This document shows, piece after piece, positions 28,672 through 44,414 of a stretch of 64,000 nt of DNA (positions within the stretch are counted from its first letter, which is position 1; each line of letters opens with the position of its first letter). The stretch comes from Octopus vulgaris (Eukaryota), in assembly GCA_951406725.2 (NCBI GenBank), contig OX597827.1, positions 73,036,001 through 73,100,000 of the forward strand. Direction: 5' to 3'. A model generated the notes under the pieces. The model saw only the letters and a list, made by a program, of their open reading frames with translations. It searched no databases and had not been told where the DNA came from. Position numbers and translations under genes: made by a program.

Positions 28672-29060
28672 GGCGCAGGAGTGGCTGTGTAGTAGGTAGC
28701 TTGCGTACCAATCACATGGTTCTGGGTTCAGTCCCACTGCGTGGCACCTTGGGCAAGTGTCTTCTACTATAGCCTCGGGCCGACCAAAGCCTTGTAAGTG
28801 GATTTAGTAGACGGAAACTGAAAGAAGCCCGTCGTATATATATATATATATACATGTTTGTGTCTCCGTGTTTGTCCCCCCAGCATCGCTTGACAATCGA
28901 TGCTGATGTGGTTACGTCCCCGTAACCTAGCGGTTCGGCAAAAAAGAGACCGATAGAATAAGTACTGGGCTTACAAAGAATAAGTCCTGGGGTCGATTTG
29001 CTCGACTAAAGGCGGTGCTCCAGCATGGCCGCAGTCAAATGACTGAAACAAGTAAAAGAG
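28672..29060 (+). mobile_element. tRNA-derived CORE-type SINE family B with internal TA/TG tract
   Basis: ggcgcaggagtggctgtg head, gggttcagtccc B box, gcaccttgggcaagtgtctt CORE-like block, tail gactgaaacaagtaaaaga. Other copies: 4379-4757, 7555-8002 (-), 10405-10735 (-), 20133-20290, 35555-36090, 39935-40285 (-), 50435-50930 (-), 51900-52063 (-), 54333-55340. Confidence 0.9.
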
Positions 29061-29571
29061 TAATATAATAAATAAAGCAGTGAGCTGGCAGAATCGTTTG
29101 CCCGCGGACAAAATGTTTTGCGGTATTTTCGTTTGTCGTTGTGTTCTGAGTCCAAATTCTGTGAAAGTCGACTTTGTCCTTCATCCTTTCGGGGTCGATA
29201 AAATAAGTAGCGGTTGGGCACTGGGGGTCGATGTAATCAACTTGAGCTTTCTCTCAAAATTTTTTACCCCTGTGCCAAAATTTGAAATTAATAAATATAA
29301 AAGATTAAAAAAATTAATAAATATAAATTAAACTAAAATAATACATGAATTTTTTTTTACAAATAAATGAGAATTATATAAAATGAATAAGAAAAAGGCA
29401 AATGGCATAAATTTGTAGTAACTCTTTCTAATTTTGATACAAGGATAGCAATTTTGAGGGAAGGGGTTAGTTGCTTTATTTTATCGCGCCTGGAAAATGA
29501 CAGGCAAAGTTGAACCAGGCGGGATTTGAACTCAGAACAAAACTAATCGGAAGAAATGTCAGTGTATCGTC

Positions 29572-29637
<66 letters not shown>

Positions 29638-29638
29638 G

Positions 29639-30142
<504 letters not shown>

Positions 30143-30153
30143 GGATGAGGATG

Positions 30154-30187
<34 letters not shown>

Positions 30188-30339
30188 GGATGAGGATGAT
30201 GATGATGATGATGATGATGATTTCATTTATTTGTAACAAGAATGAATAATAACAGGAACAAAAATAATGATAGCGAATAAATAAATGTGTACAGTAAAAA
30301 ACGTAAATATAACAAATAAAAAGAAATAGAAAATAATAT

Positions 30340-30746
30340 TAATAATATTGATTTGGTCATCGTCTGTAGTGGATGGTCTGCATGATCGCTCTTTATCAAT
30401 AAGGTTACAATCTCCAGCTCGGAACCTTGCGAACCACTTCCGTACAGTTTTTTCGGATAAAGAAACATCACCGTAAACTGCGCATATTTCTTTGATTGCT
30501 TGTGAGACATTTTTCCCTTTACGGAAAAAGAAAAGCAACAAGTACCGAAAATGAACTTCCATTTTAAAGGGTTACAGAATTAACACAAGTTATAGGAACA
30601 TAAACCTTCTTCCACGAAAAGATAGGTTAAACTGTGCTCTAAATGGAGGTGTAGTCAAATCCTATTTTAAGGACTCAAACATGTTCTAAGATAAGTCGAA
30701 AGGTAAGCTTCTATAAATCGGCACGAACTTTCCGGATCACCCAATA
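30340..30746 (-). mobile_element. Mariner 5' fragment (TIR and HTH DNA-binding region)
   Basis: HFRYLLLFFFRKGKNVSQAIKEICAVYGD..SEKTVRKWFARFRAGD; TIR-like tattgggtgatccggaaagttcgtgc. Confidence 0.85.
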
Positions 30747-30831
30747 CATTTATAGATACGGTCACACGCTGGAAGACACACACACACATGCACACACGTA
30801 TATACATATTTATTTAAATTAAGCTACTTAC

Positions 30832-30976
30832 CTTGGCTTTCCAGGAGTTTGATGTTCGATTGGCTGATTGTAAAATAACGGATTGACGTAGAGAAGAAAG
30901 CAAATCTCTCAATAAACCAAATATGTCCTTGGTGGAAGTGGAACGATTCCAGTTCAGATGTCGAGAATGACGCACA
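30832..30976 (-). CDS. Coding exon 2 of secreted LRR protein (two LRR-like units)
   Basis: Acceptor tctacttcag|TGT (phase 0, matches exon 1); CASFSTSELESFHFHQGHIWFIERFAFFSTSIRYFTISQSNIKLLESQ; donor CAAG|gtaagt, phase 1; 145 nt. Confidence 0.85.
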
Positions 30977-31173
30977 CTGAAGTAGACAACATATACAAAG
31001 GACAGTTTGTGACACGGCTTAATAAGTCAGTACACATATGCGCGAGCGCGGATCTACGCATACATGCATGCACATAAACACACTTTCGCTCTCTTTCTCG
31101 CAATATCTATATATATATGTGCGTGTGTGTGTGTTTGGGTGTGTGCCTCTGTGTGTGTGAGTGTCTCATATCG

Positions 31174-31219
31174 CTTCTTATGATGGAATATCCTTCATAT
31201 TCCTGAAACAGCTGTAAGG
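31174..31219 (+). ncRNA. Decayed hammerhead motif inside an intron of the LRR gene (antisense to it)
   Basis: ctt CTTATGA t ggaata..tattcc t GAAA c-agct-g TA agg; one core substitution (G5 to U). Confidence 0.5.
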
Positions 31220-32200
31220 CTACTTTTCTCTTTAGAAATGTCCTAGAAATTTCACACTACCTTGGCCTTGTTGTCTCATTTTATTTAACACACACACACA
31301 CACACGCGCGCGCGCACACACGTGGTTTTGGCCGGCCCAAGGCTATAGTAACAGACGCTTGACCAAAGTGCCACGCGGTGGGAATGAACACGGAAGCATG
31401 TGGTTGGGAAGTAGACTCCCTACCACACGGCCACGCCTGTTCCTATATCATATGCTAGAAAATAGAGGAGCGTCTTGAAGCTTTACCCAAGAGGGGCCGA
31501 GAATCGCTTGTACAGATACCCGTAGGACTCCGTTGGAAAACCACTGCTCATTTTACACTCTAGTAAACTTTGTCACTACAAGAAAAAGGGAAGTAAGAAG
31601 TAGCACATCAGGATATCGAGATATTCTCAGACGAAATATATGATGCGAACATTTACAAAAGTGTGGACTCAGTCAAAGAATCTGAAGGGTCAGGTGAAGG
31701 TTTTAAAACTTAGCAATAGATTAGGGTTATTAACAAACAACATATTCTAGTGATTTTGAGAGAGGACAATACTTTTTCAGCGGAACTAAATAATTACTCT
31801 CATTAATACACACATAGATGCACACCATATGTACACACATACACATACATACACACCCAAAACACACACACACGCACACATAGTCATTCAGCACACATAT
31901 GCGTGTAGCACACGTACACAGATACGCACACATACACTTATATAAATATACATATTGGCACAAGGCCAGCAATGACATAAGGATGGGTGGCGGTTGTTAA
32001 GTCGATTACGTCGACCTCAGTACATGACTGGTACTTATTTTATCGACTCCGAAATAATGAAAGGCAAAATCGACCTCAGCAGAATTTTAACTCAGAACCT
32101 AAGGCCGGACGAAATGCTACTAAGCATTTTCTCCGGCGTGCTCACGATTCTGCCAGCTCGTCGCTTTCATATATATATTAATATGCTTCAAATAGATTAC

Positions 32201-32560
32201 CTTAAACCTTTTAATTCGACTTTTTTCGAAGTAAAGTCTCTCAACTATTACGTTTCCGAAAAAGCAATCTGTCATTGAGGTCGTCTTCAGGTTCAAAAAG
32301 GTTATGTTGAGACGGTTCGAAGTATTAAATCCTTCACATGGCAGATACGGTCGTGACAAATTAGCGATAACTACCGATGTAATGTTTGGTGGTACGAGTA
32401 AAGGAAAAGTTAAATTGTTGCCTGTACAAGTCATTTCTATTAAAGAACATTCGCAGTCTGAACTGCAGGGTGTTTCCACTGTTGACACTGCTTTCAATGT
32501 TTCCTGCCCAGACGATTGCAACAACCAGAACAAAATTATGGCGGATATTTTACTTTGCAT
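32201..32560 (-). CDS. Coding exon 1 of a predicted secreted LRR protein (signal peptide, LRR N-cap, first repeats)
   Basis: MQSKISAIILFWLLQSSG signal-like start, CSSDCECSLIEMTC N-cap; acceptor ttttattcactttcag 9 nt upstream of the ATG (exon starts 32569, so a 5' UTR exon lies further upstream); donor AAG|gtaatc at 32200, phase 0; 120 codons. Confidence 0.85.
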
Positions 32561-33382
32561 ATTTGTAGTCTGAAAGTGAATAAAAGCAAAAAGTTACCAA
32601 GAGATAATTGGTTCAAACTTAGAAAAACATAATCTTCGCTAATTTCTTCAGAAGAACGCTTCTATGAAATGGAGGTCTTTCTTAACATTTCATTAGTCAT
32701 TTGGTCACCATTGAAGACATCTTATTTTATGCAATGTGTCCTAGATAATTAAGCCTCAAAGACTCAGTTTCTCACTCTCTCACTCAATATCTCTCTGTTT
32801 TTCACTCTTTCTCTCTTGTTCTCTCTCTCTCTTCCAGAATATGGATTACAATGAGAAATCACAGGAACAATGATTGAGTATAGTGAAATAGCTCAAAAAG
32901 TAATCGAACCAGCTTCACAAACTCAACATTCTGCAAGCATATTTTTTCTGAATTTGACACATCATCAGCCGTTTTTAAGGGCAGGGGTAAATCGATTACA
33001 TCGACAGCAGTGCTTCACTTTCACGTATTTTATCGACTTTGAAAGTATAAAAGGCAAAGAGTTGGGCAGCATTATGGAAGCGTAATACACAAGGATTTGA
33101 ACCCGCTTCATACACTTGCCTTTTCGGAAATTTAACCTCTAGAAACGGAACCACTTCATAGGTCAGCCTTTCAAGAAGTTTTCCTCCTCCCCAAAATGTT
33201 TGTTTGGAATTTATATATTTCTACTACTTTTAATCCATTTATATATGAACATGGAACATGTGTACGAAGCATTCTTTTTGTGGATGTAGCTGAACACATT
33301 TTGATTCCGAAACAACCAACGGCACCTACACAGACATGGAATTAAAAATCTAGTTCTTCTTCTCTTCAAAACTAACGACAGG

Positions 33383-33415
33383 GAATGATCTGAGGGCAAT
33401 TTGTCTGTCTTTATA
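33383..33415 (-). promoter_or_regulatory. Candidate core promoter of the LRR gene
   Basis: Minus-strand TATAAA (33415-33410) with Inr-like TCATTC about 29 nt downstream, ~0.8 kb upstream of the first coding exon; motif match only. Confidence 0.3.
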
Positions 33416-33984
33416 GCAGGTTGTTCCACCGCGTAAAGACCCAATTCTTACAGGTAGGGAATAGAAACCGGCCATTAGACTCGGTTATTAATCAATCAAA
33501 GGGAATAACTAATAGCAGAGTTTAATAGCTGTGTGGTTAAGAGGTTTGTCTCGTAACTACGTGGTTCGGGGTTCAATTTTAGTGTATGCTGCTTTAGGAA
33601 AATATCAGTAAATAGAAATATATCAAGTAAGCAAAATGAAATAGGCTCTTGGCACGATATCACCAATTAAACAACTTTTAAAAGGGATGCACGAGGAAGG
33701 AGTTTAAACAAAACTTGGGTGTGGAGTTAATAAGTTCGCTTCACACTGGGGGTGCAACCTGGTACAAGAGGCTGACTTTTAAAACTTAGCAACAGATTAG
33801 GGTTATTAACAAACAACAGATTCTATTGGTTTTGAGAAAAGAAGACACAATACTCTTTCAGCAGAACTAAATATGTGGAAGGAATTTGGTGTGGTGGCGG
33901 ATGCCCTCCATAAAAACGCATGTAAGTATTTATACACACACACACACACACGCAAAAAGACGCGCGCGCACACACACACATGTA

Positions 33985-34018
<34 letters not shown>

Positions 34019-34144
34019 CCGAAATTGCGAAGATGATCCGGTTCTTGACTGAAGATTGAGGGCTTCGAATGTCCCGTCCGTGTTTTTTGTGTCGTCTTCT
34101 AAATGTTTCACGTTCTTGTCCCAGTTTGTATTTTTTTTACTTTT

Positions 34145-34222
<78 letters not shown>

Positions 34223-34254
34223 GCATATATGCATTTATAACTTCCACTCTTTGA

Positions 34255-34515
34255 CAGGTCTTATTTTTCGTCTTGCAGGGTGCCCAACTATCACCCTCCT
34301 TACCAAACAAGCTTGATGGGGTTGCCAGTTTAGTCGCCAACGAGTCGACTGTGCGACGGGTTGTACTGGGTTACATGTTACCAGTAGCGCTCGAGAATGT
34401 TTTAAACCTTGTCAGTCAGCAGCTGGTCTTAAAAGTCATCTAAGGGCTCATCAACGGAGTGATTGTACAGTGTGATGGGGTGGTGGTGTGTGTGTTGATG
34501 GGATGGATACCATCT
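34255..34515 (+). mobile_element. RTE-derived non-autonomous element (related copy 39310-39615, minus)
   Basis: Shared gcagggtg..ccagtttagtcgc..ctgggttacatgttaccag block; CFKPCQSAAGLKSHLRAH zinc-finger-like RTE C-terminus. Confidence 0.55.
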
Positions 34516-34539
34516 GTCAAGATGAAGCAATCATTATAT

Positions 34540-34656
<117 letters not shown>

Positions 34657-35270
34657 CCTGCTCGCTTAGCGTCATTCGAAGGCTAAAACAATGTGAACGC
34701 ATTGTGACCAGCGATGTGTAGCAACATCTGATGGCCTGGTCGGTCACGTGATCACGTGATATATATATATATATATGTATGTATACGCATACACACATAT
34801 GTATGAAATTATATGTATTTATTTATATGTACTTGTATGTGTGTGTGCGAGTGTGTATGCATCTATGTATGCACCATGTGACTGTATCGATATCTCAAAG
34901 ACTCCATACCAACAGCAGTTTTATCTAGACACTATTTGACGCTATTTATATGACACTATTTAATAATGTCACTTTGATATGATTTCAGTTGATAGTCGCT
35001 GTGTATGGTGCAAGCGGTATAATTCACAACACTTCGCATGTTATCAGTATTACGTCCCTTAGCTACGTCTCTGGTTTCCTCACCGAAATTCTAAACCGTT
35101 TAAACAACGATGAAGTTTATAGTACATAGAAATCATTAGCGTTGGGAATCTGTCCCGGGTGGGCATTTTAGTTGTTTTCTTAAAGTGTTCAAAAAAAAGT
35201 AGAGGATAGGCAGTTGTGGACTTGGATTATGAAAATGAATAATACATACATACATACATACATACATACA

Positions 35271-35302
<32 letters not shown>

Positions 35303-35316
35303 AATATACATGTGTG

Positions 35317-35407
<91 letters not shown>

Positions 35408-35428
35408 TGTATATATATATATATGCAT

Positions 35429-35553
<125 letters not shown>

Positions 35554-36632
35554 GATGCAATCGTGGCTGTGTGGTAAGAAGCTTGCTTTCAAACCGCATG
35601 GTTCTGGGTTCAGTCCCACTGTGTGGCACCTTGAGCAAGTGTCTTTTACTATAGGCTCGGGCCGACCAAAGCCTTGTGAGTGGATTTGGTAGACGGAAAC
35701 TGAAAGAAGCCTGCCGTATATATATATATATAAGAACCTGAACAAGAATAGAGAAAATGACATCTTTAATGATTACAGCATCTGCCTAGATTTATTAATC
35801 CGTTTTACCTCTTGTTGTGTGTGTGTGTATGTGCGTGCGTGTGTGTACGTGTATAAATATTTACATGTGTGTATGTGTGTGTATTTGTGTTTGTGTTTGT
35901 GACGCACCACCGCTTGACAACCAGTGCTGGTGTGTTTACGTCCTCGGCAAAAGTACTCTTCGGCAAAAGTAACCGACAGACTAAGTACCAGGCTTTAAAA
36001 AAAATATAAGAGCTGTGTTGATGCGTTCGACTAAAATTCTTCAAGGAGGTGCCCCAACATGGCCGCAGTCTAATGATTGAAACAGTTCAAAGAGAAATGT
36101 CTTATAAAAGCAGACGAATGGGTTATCTGTGAGCGCTAGCATATTTTATTTAACAATTCTATGGTGATATAACATCGTATATGCAGCTATGTTCGACGTG
36201 CGTCAACTATGAGATTATGCAATGCATTACAGTGAGTCTCTCAACTCTTCAGGCGCCACCGTAATGCAGGTAAGCAAATAATTGGTTATGCTGTCAAATT
36301 TTAAAGCCCAACAGCATATGAACATCCATAGCGAGCAATGCAAACAGTTCGAATATGGAAGTTGACAGAAATATAATCGGCTAATCGGAATCGTAGGTAG
36401 TCGAACTGGGCTGCCAAAGAGATTGACACCAAAATTGGTGTCAAGTTAGATATGTGGAAGCTGACCAAATATAATTGATTAGAACAAAAAACACAAAAAC
36501 AAAAAAAAAAGAGAAAAGGTTGAAAGTTGTGTATGTATGTATGTATGTATGTATGTATGTATGTATGTATGTATCACTAAATCAATCAATCAATCACTCA
36601 CTCAATCAATCAATCACTCACTCACTCAATCA

Positions 36633-36723
<91 letters not shown>

Positions 36724-36724
<1 letters not shown>

Positions 36725-38320
36725 GGACCGACGGCCCGGTTGAGTTGCTCGGGGTCTGGTTTGGTCCGGACCTCCAAGTGGAGAAGAACTGGAACGAGAT
36801 AACGAGTAGGGTGGTCACTCTCGCCCGGCAATGGGCCGAGAGGAAACTGTCCCTAAAAGGTCGAGCGGAGGTGGCGAACACGTACATCGCGTCCGTCATC
36901 TACTACCGCCTGACCGTCGTACCTTGTCCCGACCCTACCATCACCAAACTACAACGCATCCTCTTTCGCTTCTTGTGGAAAGGATGCGTCCCGATGGTCA
37001 GGCGATCCATTTGCTGTCAACACCCGTTAAAAGGAGGGCTGGGCATGCCGTGGTTGATGATGCGCAGACACGCGCTGAGACTGCGGCATCTCTGGCTCTA
37101 TGTAGACGACGGTGAACAGGTGTGGTCGCCGTTTGTGAGGCACGCTTTCCCGCAGCTCGTCTCCATGACCGAACTGCAGTCGTGGATCAAAAAGAGGCCG
37201 AGGAAGGGCGAATGGCACCGCGAGTGTCGCGTTGCTCTCAAGCAACTCTGCCGTCCTGGGTCGACCTTAAGTGACTTCAACACAACCAAAGCATTCTATA
37301 GGGGTTTAGTGGAGGGGAGGTACGACGACGAGCTCGGGGCGAACCTGGACGTCGACGAGGAGTACCTGACCCGCCTGTTCAGGACGACCTTCGGGCCAGG
37401 GCCCATGGACAACTTCCAGAGATCCCTGGCCTGGCAGTGCTACCGAGAAGCGCTACCCGTTCGGGATAAGCTCTACAGACACGGCTCGAGAAACACGGGG
37501 CCGACCTGCCCGAGATGCGGTCAGAGCGACGAAACCGTTCTGCACGCACTCGTTCAGTGCCCAACAATTTCCGACCTGTGGGCTTATGTCGAACAACTGC
37601 TGTCACGTGTGGGACGAGTCGGTTTATCAGCTGAGTCTATCGTCAATATTGTCACGCCTCCTTCCTTCAAACGGGAAGGAAGAGCTATTTTCATCATCCT
37701 TGTGGCTATGGCGAAAGAATGTATCTGGTGGACGCGTCTGAAAGGATTGGAGACAAACACTTTCCTCTCTGGTCAATCTCTCATCAACTTCTTCAAGTAC
37801 CACTTGAAAAGGAAAGTGAGAGTAGAGAGGCAAGTTTTGTCTAGCGAATGTTTTAAAAAAAGATGGGTGAATGTAGCAAGAATGGCACGTATGAATGACG
37901 AAGCCACCTTGAGCATAGTCCTATGAACCCAGAAATCGAAAACAGAGAGTTGCTTATTTGCAAAAAAAAAAAAAAAAAAAAAAAAAAAGAAATATAAAAT
38001 GTGACTTCATTGACCGAGGTTACCGTGGTCTTTTCCGTAGGCTTTTCTTTCCACGGGTAAACCTCACCTGTCCTCCCCTTTACACTTCATATTGACATTT
38101 CTGTGATAACGATCCATATTGATCAATTTTTTTTTTTTTTTTTTCCTCTCCCCCTTTTTTTTAACCCCCTTTTTTTTGTCCTCTTTCTCTCCTTTTACGA
38201 TCCCTTTTGATCGAAACTCCCCCTTCCTTTTTTTTTTTTTTTTTTTTTAAACCTTCAAAAGAAAAGCTCTACCTTGTAATTTGTTCTATCTGTGTGCAGC
38301 CCTGTGTGGCTAATAAAGAA
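36724..38320 (+). mobile_element. 5'-truncated Tx1/L1-group LINE inserted in (TCTA)n
   Basis: Uninterrupted ORF2 C-terminus 36724-37926: LLGVWFG, LSLKGRA, GGLGMP, CPRC..ETVLHALVQCP zinc knuckle; GC-rich; 3' UTR ends aataaagaaa; (TCTA)n on both sides. Confidence 0.9.
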
Positions 38321-38323
38321 ACA

Positions 38324-38584
<261 letters not shown>

Positions 38585-38589
38585 CCTAC

Positions 38590-38649
<60 letters not shown>

Positions 38650-38888
38650 TTTACTTCAGAAATTAAGGAAAATCTCGAAGAAATACTAATTAACTTAGAA
38701 GATCGAATAAGGCTACCTTTATAAGACAGTAAGCTGGCTACATTTTACTGTAGATCCAAGTGTATTTTTGCCCGCCATTCTCCTGCTCACAAGATTTCTC
38801 GAATTTCTAAACTAAAAATTTTAACTCACTCGCTTATTTAAAAAAGAATATATCGATTATATATATATGCTTATTTAAAAAAAATTAT

Positions 38889-38935
<47 letters not shown>

Positions 38936-39132
38936 ATCCAAACAAGAGAGTACAAAAAAACACAACAACACGAGTACGTGGAACAAATATAGTATTATTG
39001 GACGCTCAGGAATGAAGGAAAGAAGGAGGGTTCAACGTTTCAAGCGGAGCTCTTCGTCGGAAACAGGAAAGATCCAGAGAAGGGAAGACAGAGGAAAAAA
39101 CATCGCCAACGGTACACACGAGGTCACATTAT

Positions 39133-39258
<126 letters not shown>

Positions 39259-39758
39259 GTACATGAATATATGTATATGTATGTTTATACATATATATAT
39301 GTAATTTATGTCACGTTGTTATTGGGTGATGCTGGTAACATGTAACCCAGTGATTCTGTCGCATGGTCGGGTCGTCAGCGACTAAACTGGTAACCCATCA
39401 AACAAGCTTGGTGAGGAGTATGATTGTTGGACACCCTGCAGGACGAATAAATAAAATCTGTCTAAGTGCGAAGAAGTCATGAGCAGTAAGCGGCCATACA
39501 AGAATATATGTACATGCGTATGTATGCAAGCACGTATGCGCTGGGACCTCGAAATACCTGGGCTGGAGTATTGCCATCAGGCGATGGCAATACTCGAACA
39601 CGAATTTGCACCCATCATGTATGTATGTATGTATGTATGTATGTATGTATGTATGTGTGTATGTATGTATGTATGTATTTATGTATGTGAGTATGTATGA
39701 ATGTATATATGTATATATATATATATATATGAGTGTGTGTGTATACATATATATACAC

Positions 39759-39798
<40 letters not shown>

Positions 39799-39808
39799 AT
39801 ATATATAT

Positions 39809-39840
<32 letters not shown>

Positions 39841-40294
39841 GAATATATATAAATAAATAAAGGGATATCCATAATATCCCAGAAACTCTTCACAGCCTTG
39901 GCTTTGTTATCTCATATATATCTAATATATATTCTTTTTTACTTGTTTCAGTCATTTGACTGGGGCCATTCTAGAGCACCGCCTTTATAGTCGAGCAAAT
40001 CGACCCCAGAGCTTATTTTTGCAAGCCTAGTACTTATTCTATCGGTCTCTTTTGCCGAACCAGTAAGTTACGGGGGCGTAAACACAGACACACACAGACA
40101 CACGCACACATACATATATACGACGGGCTTATTTCAGTTTCCGTCTACCAAAATCGACTCACAAGGATTTGGTCAGCCCGAGGCTATAGCAGAATACACT
40201 TGCCCAAGGTGCCACGCAGTAGGACTGAACTCGGAACCATGTGATTGGTAAGCAAGCTTCTTACCACACAGCCACTCCTGCGCCTATATTTATG

Positions 40295-40744
<450 letters not shown>

Positions 40745-41374
40745 CCTATTTATAATCACCCCACTTGTCGTATGGTTAACACCATATAGATATCCGGTGC
40801 ATCCTAGTTAAGGACCATATTCATGTGAATTCTTTAGAACTCACTAGAATCTCAATTACTTAACCGTATATAAATATATATATATATATATACATAAATA
40901 TAGGCGTATATATATATATATATATATATATAAATATAGGCGTATATATATATATATATAAGAAGGGCTTTCACATATTTTCCATCTACTAAATTCACTA
41001 ACAGGGCGTTGACGGTGTGGGGCAGCTTAGTGTGTTACGCATTGAGACTTAATTCAAAATCACATGCTAGATACTTTCAACTTAAATTTCTTGTTTGAAT
41101 ATCCGGCAAAAATAAAGAGAAAATACCTTACAGATAAATGACTATTGATAAAATGTTTTATCAAAGTTTGGCGTCGTTTGTTGAGTCGCTTAAAGATACT
41201 GGTGAAGATTCATGCTTTGTTGATCGCCTCTGGAGATAATAGGATAGAAATCATCGCTTTTTGAAAGGGTTAAGCAAGAAAACCTACTGTAGCAATCTCA
41301 GGATAGTGTACTGCATTTATATACATGATGAAGAATATGAATACAAATATGAATATATATTTGTATATACATAC

Positions 41375-41423
<49 letters not shown>

Positions 41424-41443
41424 TATTGAATATATTATATATG

Positions 41444-41475
<32 letters not shown>

Positions 41476-41532
41476 TGTATTGAATATATTATAGAGATAT
41501 TTATGAAAACATCAATATGTACATATGTATGC

Positions 41533-41573
<41 letters not shown>

Positions 41574-41682
41574 CACAGGCACGTATATACGTGTATATAT
41601 ATTTAAATATATTTTATACATATTTATGGGAAGACATTAATCTCTCCCTCTTTCTTTCTCCCTCTATATATATATAGAGAGA

Positions 41683-41719
<37 letters not shown>

Positions 41720-42092
41720 CTCATATATACGTGAGCGAGCGAAATAGTGGAAGGATATAGATATGTAAATGAATACATATTTACAATGCTTGATGTATAT
41801 ATTCGTTTGATTGCATGTGTATACATTTGAGAAGTAGAGAAATAGTCACACAAGCAGACACACACACACACACACACACACGCACGCGCGCGCGCACGCA
41901 CGCATACACACACACATATGCAAACACTTAAACGCTCTCTCTCTCTCTCTCCGCAGCACACACACACATACATTGCAGCAAAAGCATATCTGATTGTATG
42001 TGTATATGTATATATATATATATACATACATATTTACACACACACACACACATACATATATATATATACACACGCATACAGATATAAATACA

Positions 42093-42128
<36 letters not shown>

Positions 42129-42380
42129 TATGCACGCAGACACACATACATACATTTATGTATATATTTATATATTTATGTATGTATATATATATGTAAA
42201 TGTATATTCACACATGCACCCACGCACCCCTCCCCCCACATATATATATAAATATTTTTCTGTTCAGTATTTACATATCATTAGTTACTTTATAAATGTA
42301 GTTATGCCTTACGTGAGTGTACTCGAATAAATTTTCACAAAACGTATGGACACAGTTTCGCATATAAACAAACGCACACA

Positions 42381-42468
<88 letters not shown>

Positions 42469-42744
42469 GAAGTGACTTTTCTCTCTTACAATTGTAAATT
42501 TTATAAATGTTTTATAATGTATACTGGCAGAAATCTACATATATCCATACATATGTACACATATATTTCTGCTTAGATATAGTTTTCATAAACCAGATGT
42601 TACCGACAGGAGCGAACCGGGTGGAATAATTCTTCGTGACCAAACAATTCCTATTGTCTATTGATCTTTTGATTTATTGTCGTGTTTTTTTCCTGGTCAT
42701 TGAACAGTTTGGTAAGGAGGAAAATATCATGAGAAAGAAATAGT

Positions 42745-42799
<55 letters not shown>

Positions 42800-42984
42800 T
42801 ACAGTTCTATATTTAAGAAATGAGAAATATATACCTTCGGGCATATGGCGTAGTGGTTAAGAGCACGAGCTACTAACCCCAAGATTCCGAGTTCGATTCC
42901 AGGCAGTGACCTGAATATAATAATAATAGTAATAATAATAATAATAATAATCCTTTCTACTGTAGGAACAGAGCTTGAAATTTG

Positions 42985-43135
42985 TCTAAGCTTGAGAAGC
43001 ACATGGACTGAATAGGGGTTTCAATAATGGTGAAGCACTAGCAGAAAACATCACTGCTTGGAACCGCTCGAATACTCCGGTAGGTGCTCGAAAAATAAGG
43101 GGTGTTACTTTAGTTCACTGGTAGTGAACAGCTGA
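42985..43135 (+). mobile_element. R4/Dong-like LINE extreme 3' fragment
   Basis: QKTSLLGTARILR*VLEK* peptide. Confidence 0.65.
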
Positions 43136-43195
43136 CACCGGATGTCGGGGCGGAAAACCACGCCGCTATCTCTTCAGATATCGAAAAAAATGATA

Positions 43196-43268
<73 letters not shown>

Positions 43269-43474
43269 ATAAAATACATTTATAGGGTAGCGAATAATAA
43301 ATAACCGATAATAAATAACAAGTTAAAAGTTTTAATTTTTCAATCCCTTCGAAAATTGCTACTAAATCGTGGTTTTGGCTGTATTGGCTGCTATTTCTAG
43401 CATGTAAAAAATTACCTGTTAAAAGGTAATTTTCTCTTGTGCTTAAACGTACACTTTTTTAATATTTATATATG

Positions 43475-43506
<32 letters not shown>

Positions 43507-43609
43507 CGTACGTATGTATTTATATCTGTATGCGTGTATATATATATATATATAATATATATATATATATATGAATGTGTGTATATATATATAGTTACGG
43601 TATCATCAT

Positions 43610-43981
43610 AGCACTCCGTCGGTTACGACGACGAGGGTTCCAGTTGATCTGATCAACAGAACAGCCTGCACGTGAAATTGACGTGGAAGTGTCCACAGAC
43701 ACGAGTACCCTTAACATAGTTCCTGGGGAGACTCAGCGTGACACAGAGCGTTACAAGGCTGGCCCTTTGAAATACAGGTACAACAGAAATAGGAAGAAAG
43801 AGTGAGAGAAAGTTGTGGTGAAAGACTACAGCAGGGTTCGTTACCACTCCCTGCCGGAGCCTCGTGGAGGTTTAGGTGTTTTCTCTGCATAAACACTCAA
43901 AATGCCCGGTCTGGGAATCGAAACCGCGATCCTACGACCGCCACGCCGATGTCCCAACCACTGGGCCATTGCGCCTCCACT
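43610..43981 (-). mobile_element. tRNA-derived SINE family C
   Basis: Head ggaggcgcaatggcccagtggtt..ggtttcgattccc; related partial copies at 9670-9905, 50155-50415; similar head at 13290-13505 (-). Confidence 0.75.
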
Positions 43982-44296
43982 GTAACGGTATATTCTGTTA
44001 AGAACGTAGTAGAGTACGAAGCTCATCCACCTTCACATTTCACCCCGTGCTATCTTGTAGTAATGTTATTCGCTCTTCCAGGTTTGCGTTTGATCTTCTG
44101 TCCTGAGTGAACAGATAATTGAAAAAGATTGGAGTCAACAACAAGGATTACAGTTGGACATTTTCAGTCTCTACAATTGTTTCTACGCAGTTCTCCAGGC
44201 GTGCAGGTATTTGATCACGCAACCGTTTCCTTGCATTATGGGATGTAGCTGTGTTTCCTCAGGGGATATGTAAACATTTTCTCTGTGGGAGATACC

Positions 44297-44414
<118 letters not shown>

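Noticed and set aside
36475-36723. N-terminal part of the 483-aa ORF
   Set aside because: Microsatellite read-through upstream of the truncated LINE; not a real start
39566-39595. 13-bp perfect hairpin as HDV-like ribozyme at an RTE-derived element end
   Set aside because: Could not assign the nested double pseudoknot by eye
42838-42912. tRNA gene
   Set aside because: A/B boxes present but no acceptor stem; followed by (AAT)n, so a SINE head
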